Assembly: GCA_963760885.1 (NCBI GenBank)
Contig: CAVXEY010000015.1
Span: forward strand, 449,785 to 513,784
DNA from: an uncultured delta proteobacterium
GTDB lineage: Bacteria > Desulfobacterota > Deferrimicrobia > Deferrimicrobiales > Deferrimicrobiaceae
Direction: 5' to 3'
DNA: 64,000 bases
The notes beneath the pieces were generated by a model. That model had not been told where the DNA came from and did not search any database. It worked only from the letters and a program-made list of their open reading frames with translations. How positions within the stretch are numbered: the stretch's first letter is position 1; each line of letters opens with the position of its first letter. Positions 27,252 through 37,464 of the stretch are shown here, in pieces. The position numbers and the translations under genes were made by a program.

Positions 27252-29657
27252 TTATGCCGTGGTCCGGACGGTCACTTCGAAATCCCTCCCCTCCCAGGTT
27301 CCCGCGTCCGTCCAGAAAAACGTGAACCGGATACGGCCGTTCTGTCGGGGCTGGCTGGCGATATCGAAATATTCGATCCCCAGCGGGGTCGGGATGGAGC
27401 GCGAATCTTCCACGGTGCCCCAGTCGTCCCGCGTCCAATGGAGGAGAAACGGCGCCCCCGCCTGGATGCGAAGGATGAACCCCTCCCGGACCTCGCGAAC
27501 CTGGCGGTTGTGCTTCCAGATCTCCATCGGCTTGCAGTCCCTCCGGCCGGGGAGATAACGGTCCGCCACCTCGGGGACGAGGTCGAACACCTTGCCGTCC
27601 GCCGCCGATCGGAGCAGCTTGATGTACTCGGCGTGCGCCCACATCAGCGGCCTGGCGGAACCGGTGGGACGCCCGAGGAACATGAAGAGGTCCGGCCGGT
27701 CCGGCTCGTCCCAGACCTGTTCCGGGAGCAGTCCCGCCGGGGCGGAGAACCCCTCCATCGCCCGCAGGTGCGGGTCCGGGCGCCGTCCGGCGGCCAGTTC
27801 GTAGTGCCCCCGCTCCCCGGTGAGCAGGGGCCACGCGCGCCCCTTCCCGTATCCGACGAACGGCCCGCCGTCCTCTCTCTGCCCGTACCCGTCGTTGTTG
27901 TACCGCCGCCAGCACGGGCCGGCCGGCGTGTCCACCTTGAGCACTGCATCCAGCACGCGAAGGGAGTCGACGATCAGGGGATCGTCCGCCTTCCGGATCC
28001 CGTACCGGACAAGCTCCAGGAACCCTCCGTCGACGATCTCCTTCGCCGGGAATTGCCAGCGGGAACCCGGGGGCCGGTTCGCGAGCGCAAGAACGCCGCG
28101 GTTGGGGTCCTCGGGGGGGAACGGATCGTTCACGTCCGCGGGGAGGATCCGGATGTAATGCCTCGGTATCCCCGGGACGAGCGTCCCCTCCGTGGTCACC
28201 ATCCACGCCTCGACGTGGCATTCGAGGAAGTCGGCGTACTCCTCGAGGAAAGCGCCCGTCGCCGCGTCTCCCCTTTCCCGGGCGAAGGAGGCCGCGCAGA
28301 CGAGCGCCGCGATATTCGAGGCGATGGTCGACGGAGAGTAGCCGCCGGCCTCCTCCCACCGCTCCTGCGGGGTCGCCGGTCCATGAAGAATCAGGTACCG
28401 TGCCGCCTCCATCACCATCGAATAGGGGTCGAAGCTCCCGAGACCCTTGTTGCGCATCAGGCGCCACGCAAGGAGGATGGGGAAGGCGACCTCGTCGAGC
28501 TGGACCCCGCGCCAGTACGGTTCGCCATTGATCCAGAAGTTCTGGGAAAATCCGCCGTCCCCGTGCTGACTGACGGCCAGGTAGATCAGGGCGCGCAGCG
28601 GCGTCTCCGTATTCCCCGCGGCCAGGAGACCCGTGGCCGTGTTCACCATGTCCCTCGTCCACACGAGGTGATACCCCCCGCGGTCGTCGTCGCCCTTCGC
28701 TTCCCCCCAAGGGATCGACAGCGAGGCGATGAAAGCCCCGGGATACGTTTTGTCCTCGTGGGCAAGAAGAAGGCTGTAGCTCCCGTGATACAGTTCCCCT
28801 CCGTCGAACGCCGACTTCTCGAGCGGCAGCAGGCGCCGGCCCGACCGGTTCCACTGGTCCGCGTATCGTTCCCGATGTTCGGCGAAGGGTGTCGCGAGGG
28901 ACTCCAGGAGCGTCGTCGCCGCATTGTGAAGGCCGTCGCCGAAGGCGAGTCCCATCGTGAACTCCCGCCGACCGCCCAGATCCAGCTCGCCGGTGAGGGC
29001 TACGTTGCCATCCGTGGCACGCTCGAACTCCCACTCCATCCGGAAGTCGCCGGAGAGGTCTGTCCAGCCGTCGCTTTGCCCTACGTAGCCGCAGGACAGA
29101 CGCGAAAAGGGGACGGTCGCGGCCAGCGCGAGCCAGACCCCGTCCTTCTCGGCGGCGAGGATTTTCCGGCCCGCGATCTCCTCCACGCGGGCGTTGTTCC
29201 CCCACCCCCCCATCCCGAGGTGGGGAGCGCACAGGGCGTAGAGTCGAAGTCTTTTCAGGAACGATTCTTCCCCGGAGAGGATCGTGTTCACGAGAAGGCA
29301 CGACAGGTGAGGGTCGGAGAGGACCACCTTGGAGATGGTATAGCGCCCCTCCGGGTCGGAATTCGTGATCCTGTACCCAAGGACATGAGGGGAGATCTGT
29401 TCCGTCGCGGATCGGAGATGGCGTTTCTCCTCGTGGAAGAAGCTCTCCCCATCCGTTACGAGAAACTGGAGATCCCGGAGCTGCGGCCGATCCACGGTCG
29501 GGTGGTAGACTTCGGTGACGACCCCGTTCCAGACGGTGAACCAGAGCCGGCTGGAGCTGGCGTAGGCGGTGCCGACCCCGTCTTTCGCGGCATGGGTCCA
29601 GCGGGGCGGGATCCCCGGCCTTCCGAACGCCTCGTTCCGATCGGTAACCTTCCCCAT
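27252..29657 (-). CDS. glycoside hydrolase family 15 (bacterial glucoamylase / glucodextranase-like)
   Basis: 801 aa. It has an N-terminal beta-sandwich and a C-terminal (alpha/alpha)6 catalytic domain with GH15-like segments (...YHLVWTRDMVNTATGLLAAG..., ...PTGSARPLMWAHAEYIKLL...). A second 806-aa ORF on the same strand is an out-of-frame GC artefact. Confidence 0.75.
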   Translation of the reverse strand: MGKVTDRNEAFGRPGIPPRWTHAAKDGVGTAYASSSRLWFTVWNGVVTEVYHPTVDRPQLRDLQFLVTDGESFFHEEKRHLRSATEQISPHVLGYRITNSDPEGRYTISKVVLSDPHLSCLLVNTILSGEESFLKRLRLYALCAPHLGMGGWGNNARVEEIAGRKILAAEKDGVWLALAATVPFSRLSCGYVGQSDGWTDLSGDFRMEWEFERATDGNVALTGELDLGGRREFTMGLAFGDGLHNAATTLLESLATPFAEHRERYADQWNRSGRRLLPLEKSAFDGGELYHGSYSLLLAHEDKTYPGAFIASLSIPWGEAKGDDDRGGYHLVWTRDMVNTATGLLAAGNTETPLRALIYLAVSQHGDGGFSQNFWINGEPYWRGVQLDEVAFPILLAWRLMRNKGLGSFDPYSMVMEAARYLILHGPATPQERWEEAGGYSPSTIASNIAALVCAASFARERGDAATGAFLEEYADFLECHVEAWMVTTEGTLVPGIPRHYIRILPADVNDPFPPEDPNRGVLALANRPPGSRWQFPAKEIVDGGFLELVRYGIRKADDPLIVDSLRVLDAVLKVDTPAGPCWRRYNNDGYGQREDGGPFVGYGKGRAWPLLTGERGHYELAAGRRPDPHLRAMEGFSAPAGLLPEQVWDEPDRPDLFMFLGRPTGSARPLMWAHAEYIKLLRSAADGKVFDLVPEVADRYLPGRRDCKPMEIWKHNRQVREVREGFILRIQAGAPFLLHWTRDDWGTVEDSRSIPTPLGIEYFDIASQPRQNGRIRFTFFWTDAGTWEGRDFEVTVRTTA

Positions 29658-29752
29658 CGCGGCTCCTTTCGGCGGCCCGGACGGGACGCGCCCCTAATTA
29701 CTTGGAAACGTTTTCCCCCCGACGGGATTCCAAAAAAAAAGGAGGGTCTCCC

Positions 29753-30559
29753 ATGAACGCGATCCCTTTGAAAGGTCAACCCGCCCTCGTCACCGGAGCC
29801 AATTCCGGAATCGGCTACGCCGTGGCGAAAGCGCTCGCCGCCGCGGGCGCACCCGTCGTCGTGAACTACGTGGCGGATCCTCCCTCCGCGGAACGGGTCG
29901 TCGAAGAGATCCGGACGGCCGGAGGAGAGGCGATGGCGATCCGCGCCGACGTGAGCAAGGAGGACGAGGTACAGGCGATGTTCCGGAAGATGATCGACGC
30001 CTACGGCACCATCCACATCCTCGTCAACAACGCCGGGCTGCAGAGGGACGCCCGGTTCGTCGACATGACGCTGCGCGACTGGGAGTTCGTGCTGTCGGTC
30101 AACCTCACCGGGCAGTTCCTGTGCGCCCGCGAAGCAGCGCGGGAATTCCTCCGCAGGGGCGTGGTCCAGGGAGTATCGTGCGCGGCGGGGAAGATCTTGT
30201 GCATGTCGTCCGTCCACGAGGTCATCCCCTGGGCGGGGCACGTCAATTACGCCGCCTCCAAGGGAGGGGTGATGCTGCTGATGAAATCGCTGGCGCAGGA
30301 GCTGGCCCCTCACCGGATCCGGGTCAACAGCATCTGTCCCGGGGCGATCAAGACCCCCATCAACACCACCGCATGGTCGACTCCCGAAGCCCTCTCCAAG
30401 CTGCTGACCCTGATCCCGTACGGGCGGATCGGGGAACCGGAAGACATCGGCCGGGCGGCGGTCTGGCTCGCTTCGGACGCGTCGGATTACGTGAACGGGA
30501 CGTCCCTCTACATCGACGGGGGGATGACGCTCTTCCCGGGATTCTCAACGAACGGTTGA
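29753..30559 (+). CDS. SDR-family oxidoreductase (glucose 1-dehydrogenase-like)
   Basis: ATG at 29753 after AAAGGAGGG. It has TGANSGIG Rossmann, NNAG and the S..Y...K catalytic triad (YAASKGG). Confidence 0.85.
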   Translation: MNAIPLKGQPALVTGANSGIGYAVAKALAAAGAPVVVNYVADPPSAERVVEEIRTAGGEAMAIRADVSKEDEVQAMFRKMIDAYGTIHILVNNAGLQRDARFVDMTLRDWEFVLSVNLTGQFLCAREAAREFLRRGVVQGVSCAAGKILCMSSVHEVIPWAGHVNYAASKGGVMLLMKSLAQELAPHRIRVNSICPGAIKTPINTTAWSTPEALSKLLTLIPYGRIGEPEDIGRAAVWLASDASDYVNGTSLYIDGGMTLFPGFSTNG

Positions 30560-30689
30560 TATGTAAAGAAGTCCCGCATTCAGGGTTGTGGCTCTTTTTC
30601 ACCAGGAGGATGGATTCTGCATAACGACCTTCCTTCCGGGACGATACAATAACAACCGCAATCGCGCCCCGAACCTCGAAGGAGGGAAT

Positions 30690-32588
30690 ATGCCATCCAA
30701 TGGGGAAAAAGAACCGTCGGCTGATTTCATCGGGAAGTTGCGTTCCATCTTCGGTCTCACCCCCCCCAAGAAAACACAGAGCGGCCTGCCCCCGGAGGTT
30801 CATTTCAGCATTTGGTATTTCGTGGCGGCGCTCCTGTTGATCTCCGCCCTGCAGCAATACTTGTTCTCCCGAAGGGTGGAAACGATCTCCTACAGCCAGT
30901 TCAAGCAGCAAGTGGCCGCGGACAACGTGGACACATTGGCCATCGGTCCGGAAAGCATCAGCGGAACGTTGAAAGGAAAAGACAAGAAGCCGGGGCAGGA
31001 TTTCGTCACGGTCCGGGTGGAGGACCCCGGCCTGGTGAAAGATCTGGATGACCATAAAGTCCACTATTCGGGCCGCTATGACAGCAAATTCTTCGCCACC
31101 GTTCTGTCCTGGATCCTGCCGATCGGCATCCTGCTCCTGATCTGGCGGTTCGCCATGAAAAAGATGGGGCCGGGGATGGGGGTGATGTCGTTCGGCAAGA
31201 GCAAGGCCAAGCTTTTTGCGGAGAGTGAAACCAAGGTCACTTTTGCCGATGTGGCGGGGATCGACGAGGCGAAGGAAGAGCTCGAGGAAGTCGTGGAATT
31301 TTTAAGGAAACCGGAGAAATTCCAGAAGCTGGGGGGGAGGATCCCCAAAGGGGTCCTTCTGGTGGGCCCTCCCGGAACCGGAAAAACCCTTCTGGCCAGG
31401 GCCGTGGCCGGGGAGGCGAAAGTCCCTTTCTTCAGCATCAGCGGCTCGGAGTTCGTGGAGATGTTCGTCGGCGTGGGCGCGGCGCGCGTTCGAGACCTTT
31501 TCTCCCAGGCCACAAGCCAGGCACCCTGCATCATTTTCATCGATGAACTGGACGCGTTGGGGAAAGCCCGCGGCATGAACATCATGGGTGGGCATGACGA
31601 GCAGGAGCAGACCCTCAACCAGCTCCTGGTGGAGATGGATGGATTCGAAACGAACAAAGGCGTCATCATCATGGCTGCCACGAACCGGCCGGAGATCCTG
31701 GATTCCGCCTTGTTGCGCCCAGGGCGGTTTGACCGGCAGGTCCTTGTGGACCGCCCGGATATCAATGGACGGGAAGCCATCCTGAAAATCCATTCCAGGA
31801 ATGTCGTATTGGATCCCGACGTGGACCTTCGCAAGGTCGCCGGCCGCACCGCGGGCTTTGTGGGAGCCGACCTCGCCAACCTCATCAACGAGGCCGCCCT
31901 GTTGGCGGCCCGGAAAGACAAGGAAACGGTAGGGTCGGAGGATTTCGACGAGGCGATCGATCGGGGGATCGCGGGTCTGCAGAAAAAGAACCGCGTGATG
32001 AATCCGCAGGAGAAGGAAATTGTCGCCGTTCATGAATCCGGGCACGCAATCGTGGCCGAATCGGTTGATCATGGCGATCCGGTTGCCAAGATCTCGATTA
32101 TCCCCCGGGGCATCGCGGCCCTCGGATATACCCAGCAGCAGCCCACGGAGGACCGGTACCTGATGACCCGGTCGGAGCTGCTGGACCGCCTGGCCGTGCT
32201 GCTGGGGGGGAGGGTGGCGGAGGAACTGGTTTTCGGGGAGATCTCCACGGGGGCGCAGAACGACCTGCAGAGGGCCACCGACATGGCCAGGTCCATGGTA
32301 ACGGAATACGGCATGAGCGACCGCCTGGGGCTGGTAACCTACGAGCGGCCGCAAGCGGCCAGGTTTCTCCCGGGAACGCTCCCCCCGAACAAGGCCTACA
32401 GCGAAGAGAAAGCGGCCCAGATCGACGAAGAAATCTCAAAGGTGGTCGAGCAGACCCACCAACGGGTGCGGGAGATCCTGTCCTCCCGCAGGAATACGCT
32501 GGATGAGGTGGCCCATCTTCTCTCCCGGAAGGAAGTCGTGCAGGGGGAGGAACTCAGGGAGCTAATGGGTAAAACACCCGAAAAATAG
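30690..32588 (+). CDS. ftsH: ATP-dependent zinc metalloprotease FtsH
   Basis: ATG at 30690 after GAAGGAGGG. It has Walker A GPPGTGKT, the SRH region and the HESGHAIV zinc motif. Confidence 0.95.
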   Translation: MPSNGEKEPSADFIGKLRSIFGLTPPKKTQSGLPPEVHFSIWYFVAALLLISALQQYLFSRRVETISYSQFKQQVAADNVDTLAIGPESISGTLKGKDKKPGQDFVTVRVEDPGLVKDLDDHKVHYSGRYDSKFFATVLSWILPIGILLLIWRFAMKKMGPGMGVMSFGKSKAKLFAESETKVTFADVAGIDEAKEELEEVVEFLRKPEKFQKLGGRIPKGVLLVGPPGTGKTLLARAVAGEAKVPFFSISGSEFVEMFVGVGAARVRDLFSQATSQAPCIIFIDELDALGKARGMNIMGGHDEQEQTLNQLLVEMDGFETNKGVIIMAATNRPEILDSALLRPGRFDRQVLVDRPDINGREAILKIHSRNVVLDPDVDLRKVAGRTAGFVGADLANLINEAALLAARKDKETVGSEDFDEAIDRGIAGLQKKNRVMNPQEKEIVAVHESGHAIVAESVDHGDPVAKISIIPRGIAALGYTQQQPTEDRYLMTRSELLDRLAVLLGGRVAEELVFGEISTGAQNDLQRATDMARSMVTEYGMSDRLGLVTYERPQAARFLPGTLPPNKAYSEEKAAQIDEEISKVVEQTHQRVREILSSRRNTLDEVAHLLSRKEVVQGEELRELMGKTPEK

Positions 32589-32600
32589 CCTCGCCGAAAA

Positions 32601-33335
32601 CTACCGTGGCCGCCGCGTTCCGCCTGATGGAGCCTTCCCTGTTCGTGCCGTGAAGTATGTCAAACCATGGTCCAGCAGATTGCCGATGCGCTCGATGCGA
32701 ACGTCAGCGGCCGGGTAGGTGGCCAGAATCTTCGGGTCCAGCGCGTAGTGCCCCTGCCGCACGAAGACGGTCGTCACCCGCGGGCCCCAAGATTCCTTGA
32801 TGGCGGCGAGAATGCGCAGCTTGTCATCCACCATCACGTAATGATCGGCGGGAAAGCGTTTCGCGACGTCGGAAAGCTCCACCTCCTTGTGCACGTAGAT
32901 CAACACGTTGCCATTCACCGCCTCGAACAATCCCGACCGCTCCACCTTGAGCGGCTGGAAAACCACATCGCCGTCGGAAAGAATGACCGCCGGTCCCCTT
33001 TGCTCCACGCGCCTGACGACATCGAGCGCGCCCGGGAACAGGCGGTCCGCAAACGGATAGTCGATCAGAAAACGGGAAACCGCGAGGAGATGCGAGTCGT
33101 GCGGGTTTTCGTTGCGGTAGCGTTGCAGCGCGCCGAGATAATCGGCGTACCCGAGTTCCTCCCGTAACCGATCGAAGTGGCTCCAATAACTCTGCAGCCC
33201 TTCCTGGCCGATCTCCTTTTCGAGATGGCGCTTGAGGTCCTCCGTAACGCGATCCGTGTCCAGCAGCGTGTTGTCGACGTCGAACAGGAAAACAACGCCG
33301 GATGGGACCGACCGTTTGGGAATTTTCTTGTTCAT
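32601..33335 (-). CDS. HAD-superfamily hydrolase
   Basis: Start MNKKIPKRSVPSGVVFLFDVDNTLLD (DxDxT motif I) at 33335. The ORF-track TTG extension was rejected. Confidence 0.65.
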   Translation of the reverse strand: MNKKIPKRSVPSGVVFLFDVDNTLLDTDRVTEDLKRHLEKEIGQEGLQSYWSHFDRLREELGYADYLGALQRYRNENPHDSHLLAVSRFLIDYPFADRLFPGALDVVRRVEQRGPAVILSDGDVVFQPLKVERSGLFEAVNGNVLIYVHKEVELSDVAKRFPADHYVMVDDKLRILAAIKESWGPRVTTVFVRQGHYALDPKILATYPAADVRIERIGNLLDHGLTYFTARTGKAPSGGTRRPR

Positions 33336-33429
33336 TTCTTTTTCCCGGCCGCTCCAATGCCGCCAGCCCGACAAGGTTTTCCTTGGGCCGGACTGCTCCC
33401 GGGGTCCTGCGCCGTCGCAGCCTCCCCGA

Positions 33430-33762
33430 TTATTTAAAGGCCTGGAGGATGTACTCCGCGATCTCCTTCGCGTCCTTGTCGGAAACCGTTTTCGCGTCGA
33501 AGCGGGTCATCCCGGGTCCGGGGTTCCGCATCTTCCCGACGATGTCCTTGGCCGTCTTGACGCCGTTGGCATTCAGGACCTTCTTGTGGAGCGTCATTGC
33601 CGGCTTGATGATGTTTCCCCCGTTCGGGTGGCAGGCGGCGCAGTGCTGCTGAAACAGCTTCGCCCCCGCAGATTCCTTCTTCTCCGCCGCGTTGAGGCCG
33701 GCAGCCGGAAGAACCAGGCCCACGGACACCACGAGAACGCCGAGCTTCGCCAACGTTTTCAT
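33430..33762 (-). CDS. class I monoheme cytochrome c (c553/c6-like) with signal peptide
   Basis: 110 aa with a CAACH motif and an AAGGAGGGGAA RBS. Confidence 0.8.
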   Translation of the reverse strand: MKTLAKLGVLVVSVGLVLPAAGLNAAEKKESAGAKLFQQHCAACHPNGGNIIKPAMTLHKKVLNANGVKTAKDIVGKMRNPGPGMTRFDAKTVSDKDAKEIAEYILQAFK

Positions 33763-34011
33763 CTTCCCCTCCTTTGTCTCATCGAAGAGACGCGTCTGTT
33801 TACCGGAATTCCGTTCCGATAATTTCGTATCGTATCATCCCCGAACGACGGTTGCGGTCCCCTTTTTCAGCGCCGACGATCAATAACCGCCCCGGCCGCA
33901 CATGGGAAACGGAGAACCAATTCCGTTCTGCGAGCATCTACTCCATTGGATACGTTCGATATCGTTTCGGGCAAACGTACCGGGAAACGATGACGGAAAA
34001 AAGGGGGGGGC

Positions 34012-36681
34012 GTGCGCGCAGTCGGCAGATACCTTGTTTCCCTTGCAGTTGCGGCGCTTTTCCTCCTTCCGATCCCCGCGCGGGCGGGCGGGGAAAGGGA
34101 CATCGTCCGGTCGACGCTCGAAAACGGGCTGCGGGTGGTCGTCGTCCGGAACGCGCTGGCGCCGGTGGTGACGACCGAGGTCAACTACCTGGCCGGTTCC
34201 AATGAGGCGCCGGAAGGATTCCCGGGGATGGCCCACGCCGAGGAACACATGATGTTCCGCGGGAGCCCCGGGCTCTCCGCATCCCAGTTCTCCACGATCA
34301 GTGCCGCGCTCGGGGCCGAGGCCAACGCCGACACCCAGCAGGTCGTGACGCAATATTTCCTGACCGTTCCCTCCGATGCCCTCGATGCGGCGCTGCGGAT
34401 CGAGTCGATCCGGATGCGTGCCGCCCTCAACACGGAAGCGCTTTGGAAACTCGAGCGGGGAGCGATCGAGCAGGAGGTCGCGCAAGATCTCTCGAATCCC
34501 CAGTATGTCTTCTACACCCGGCTGCTCGAGGCGCTGTTCGCGGAGACGCCGTACGCCCACGACGCGCTCGGGACGCGTCCCTCCTTCGACAAGACGACGG
34601 GAGCGATGCTCGATACATTCCACAGGGAGTGGTACGGACCGAACAACGCCATCCTGGTCATCGTCGGCGACGTGGACCCCGCCCGGGCGCTCGCGCTTGT
34701 GAAACGGCACTTCGGTCCGATCCCACGACGCGCCGTTCCGCCCCGCCCCGAGGTTCGGCTCAAGCCGCTCAAACCCGCACGCATCGAACTCGACACCGAC
34801 CTCCCGTACGGCCTTGCCGCCGTCGCCTACCGCCTGCCGGGGTACAAGAGCCCCGATTTCGCCGCGGGGCAGGTCCTGGCCGACGTCCTGGACAGCAAGC
34901 GCGGGAGTCTCTACGGCCTCGTGCCGGAAGGGAAGGCGCTCTCCGCGGGGTTCGACGGGGACATCCTCCCGGACGCCGCGTTCGGCTACGCGACCGCGGC
35001 GTTTCCCCCCGGGGGGAACGGAGCCGCGCTGGTGTCAGCGATGAAGGGGATCGTCGCCGGCCATCTCAAGACCGGATTCCCGCCGGCGCTCGTGGAGGCG
35101 GCGAAGCGCCGCGAGATCGCCGACGCCGAGTTCCGGAAGAACTCGGTGGAGGGACTTGCCGCGGCGTGGTCCCAGGCGCTCGCCGTCGAAGGACGGGTCT
35201 CTCCGGACGACGACACCGAGGCGATCCGGAAGGTCACGGTCGCGGACGTCGACCGCGTCGCGCGGGAATACCTCGTCAACGATACGGCGACCACGGCCAT
35301 CCTGACCCCGCGTCCGTCCGGGGCCCCGGTCTCCGGGAAGCGGTTCGGGGGCGGGGAATCGTTCTCCCCCGAACGGACGAAGGCGGCCCGGCTTCCCGGC
35401 TGGGCGAAGAAGATCGTGACGACGACGCCCTCCCTCCCGGCGTCGCGGGTGAAACCTACCGACCTCCTGCTTGCCAACGGCCTGCGCCTGATCGTGCAGC
35501 CCGAGACGATCAGCCGGACGGTTACCGTATCCGGCCAGATCCGGAGCAACCCCGGCCTCCAGACGCCGGAGGGAAAGGAGGGAGTCGATCGGGTCCTGAG
35601 CGATCTCTTCCCGTACGGAACGGCAACTCTGGATCGGCTCGCCTTCCAGGAGGCGCAGGACAATATCGCCGCGACCGTGTCTGCGGGAACGAGCTTCTCT
35701 CTTCGTGTCCCGTCGGAGGGGTTCGACCGGGGGGTCCGGCTGCTCGCGGAGAACCTCCTCCACCCGACGCTCCCCGAAGACGCGTTCCGGATCGTCCGCC
35801 GCCAGGTTGCAAGCGCGGTGGCGGGGGATCTCGATAGCCCCGACTATCTCTTCCGTCGCGCGCTCCGGACCGGGCTCTATCCGAAAGGAGATCCCGCCCT
35901 GCGGCGCCCGACGCCCGCGACCGTGGAGGGACTTTCGCTCGAGGACGTGCGTGCCTACCACGACAAGGTCTTCCGGCCCGACATGACGACGATCGTCGTC
36001 GTCGGCAACGTGACGCCGGAGAGCGCGAAGGAGGTCATCGGGAACTATTTCGGGAAGTGGAAGGCGGAGGGTCCGAAACCTGAAACCGACCTTCCCCCGG
36101 TTCCGCCCAACGCCGCCTCTTCCGCGGCGGTCCCCGACGCGAGCCGGGTCCAGGACGAGGTGGTACTCGCCGAGACGCTCGGGGTGACGCGGCGGCATCC
36201 CGACTACTACACCCTCCAGGTCGGAAATCACGTGCTCGCGGGCGCCTTCTATGCGACCCGCCTGTATCGCGATCTCCGGGAGGAGACGGGCCTGGTCTAC
36301 GTCGTCCAGGCGATGCTCGACGCCGGGAAGACACGGGCCGCCTACTCGGTCGCCTACGGCTGCGACCCCGGGAACGTGTCAAAAGCGCGCGACCTCATTA
36401 TCCGGGATCTCCGGGAAATGCAGACGACCCCGGTCTCCGCCGGCGAGCTCCGGCAGGCGAAGACGCTGCTGATCCGCAAAATTCCCCTTTCGGAATCGAG
36501 CGTGGACGGAATCGCCGGGACGCTTCTGGATCTGTCGCAGAAGGAGTTGCCGCTGGACGAGCCGGTCCGGGCGGCGGAGCGGTACCGGAGAATCACCGCG
36601 GAGCAGGTCCGGGCGGCATTCCGGAAGTGGGTGCGTCCGGGGGACTTCGTCCAGGTGACTCTGGGGCCGGAGGGACGGTAG
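34012..36681 (+). CDS. secreted two-module M16 (pitrilysin/insulinase) family zinc peptidase
   Basis: GTG at 34012 directly after an A6G8 tract. It has a signal peptide and the inverted zinc motif HAEEH (HxxEH). 889 aa made of two M16 halves. Confidence 0.8.
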   Translation: MRAVGRYLVSLAVAALFLLPIPARAGGERDIVRSTLENGLRVVVVRNALAPVVTTEVNYLAGSNEAPEGFPGMAHAEEHMMFRGSPGLSASQFSTISAALGAEANADTQQVVTQYFLTVPSDALDAALRIESIRMRAALNTEALWKLERGAIEQEVAQDLSNPQYVFYTRLLEALFAETPYAHDALGTRPSFDKTTGAMLDTFHREWYGPNNAILVIVGDVDPARALALVKRHFGPIPRRAVPPRPEVRLKPLKPARIELDTDLPYGLAAVAYRLPGYKSPDFAAGQVLADVLDSKRGSLYGLVPEGKALSAGFDGDILPDAAFGYATAAFPPGGNGAALVSAMKGIVAGHLKTGFPPALVEAAKRREIADAEFRKNSVEGLAAAWSQALAVEGRVSPDDDTEAIRKVTVADVDRVAREYLVNDTATTAILTPRPSGAPVSGKRFGGGESFSPERTKAARLPGWAKKIVTTTPSLPASRVKPTDLLLANGLRLIVQPETISRTVTVSGQIRSNPGLQTPEGKEGVDRVLSDLFPYGTATLDRLAFQEAQDNIAATVSAGTSFSLRVPSEGFDRGVRLLAENLLHPTLPEDAFRIVRRQVASAVAGDLDSPDYLFRRALRTGLYPKGDPALRRPTPATVEGLSLEDVRAYHDKVFRPDMTTIVVVGNVTPESAKEVIGNYFGKWKAEGPKPETDLPPVPPNAASSAAVPDASRVQDEVVLAETLGVTRRHPDYYTLQVGNHVLAGAFYATRLYRDLREETGLVYVVQAMLDAGKTRAAYSVAYGCDPGNVSKARDLIIRDLREMQTTPVSAGELRQAKTLLIRKIPLSESSVDGIAGTLLDLSQKELPLDEPVRAAERYRRITAEQVRAAFRKWVRPGDFVQVTLGPEGR

Positions 36682-36920
36682 GAAAGCGGAACCGGTCCAC
36701 CGGCAAACCCGTGTTCCGGTGAAAAGGAGGACCGTGTCCCGAGCGACCTGAATCCGTTGCGCGGATCGATTCCGTATACCCCTCTTCCCTCCGCGAAGAT
36801 ACAATACATCCGTTGCCCGGCTCATTTTCACGATGAACCGGACGCCGAAAGGAAGGCAGGCGGCCGGTTCTCCCCATTCCCGGCGGGTGTACGTCGGGCC
36901 CCGGAGGAGGAACCCCCTGC

Positions 36921-37454
36921 ATGGACGAAAAGACATCCCACCCCGATTCCCCTGCCGAAGCTACGCGACGGGGATTCCTCCGGGTCGCGATCGGCCTCCT
37001 GGGAGGGGTCGTCGGCCTCGTGCTCGCCATCCCGCTCGTGGGGTCCCTGGTCGGCCCCGCCTTCCGGAAAAAACCCGCGCGCTGGTCGCGCGTGGGGACG
37101 GTCGAATCGCTGCCGCTCGGACAACCGACGGTCCTGTCGTTCACGGACCCGTCCTCGAAAGGGTATCTCCGGGAAACGGTGGTCCGAAACGTGTGGGCCG
37201 TCCGGCATTCCCCCGCGGGAGTCACGGTGTTTTCGCCGATCTGCACCCATCTGGGCTGCCGGTACGACTGGGAGCCGAATGCGGACCGTTTCCTTTGCCC
37301 CTGCCACGGAAGCGTGTTTTCGCTGGACGGAAAGGTGCTCGCGGGACCGGCGCCCCGCCCTCTCGACACCCTTCCCGTGAAGATCGAGAACGGAGAGCTG
37401 TTCGTGCAATGGGAACGCTTCGAGCTGGGCATTCCCAGGAAGATTCCGGTATAG
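36921..37454 (+). CDS. Rieske [2Fe-2S] subunit of a cytochrome bc-type complex (Tat signal)
   Basis: The twin-arginine motif is TRRGFLRVAIG. It has CTHLGC and CPCHGS cluster-binding boxes. Confidence 0.85.
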   Translation: MDEKTSHPDSPAEATRRGFLRVAIGLLGGVVGLVLAIPLVGSLVGPAFRKKPARWSRVGTVESLPLGQPTVLSFTDPSSKGYLRETVVRNVWAVRHSPAGVTVFSPICTHLGCRYDWEPNADRFLCPCHGSVFSLDGKVLAGPAPRPLDTLPVKIENGELFVQWERFELGIPRKIPV

Positions 37455-37464
37455 GAGACTCCCC

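Noticed and set aside
26881-29301. 806-aa ORF on the minus strand overlapping the GH15 gene out of frame
   Set aside because: Arg/Pro/Gly-rich low-complexity translation typical of stop-poor high-GC DNA. The GH15 frame (27252-29657) has the recognisable domain content.
29702-29752. TTG-initiated N-terminal extension (METFSPRRDSKKKGGSP) of the SDR gene
   Set aside because: The ATG at 29753 has a perfect AAAGGAGGG RBS at ideal spacing, and the extension has none.
27045-29756. 903-aa plus-strand ORF antisense to GH15. Similar long antisense ORFs at 37222-39102, 44507-46111, 49617-51527, 49895-51421, 57323-58879 and 57433-59376.
   Set aside because: All are R/P/G/L-rich with no motifs and lie antisense to clearly recognisable genes. 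They are artefacts of GC-rich sequence lacking stop codons.
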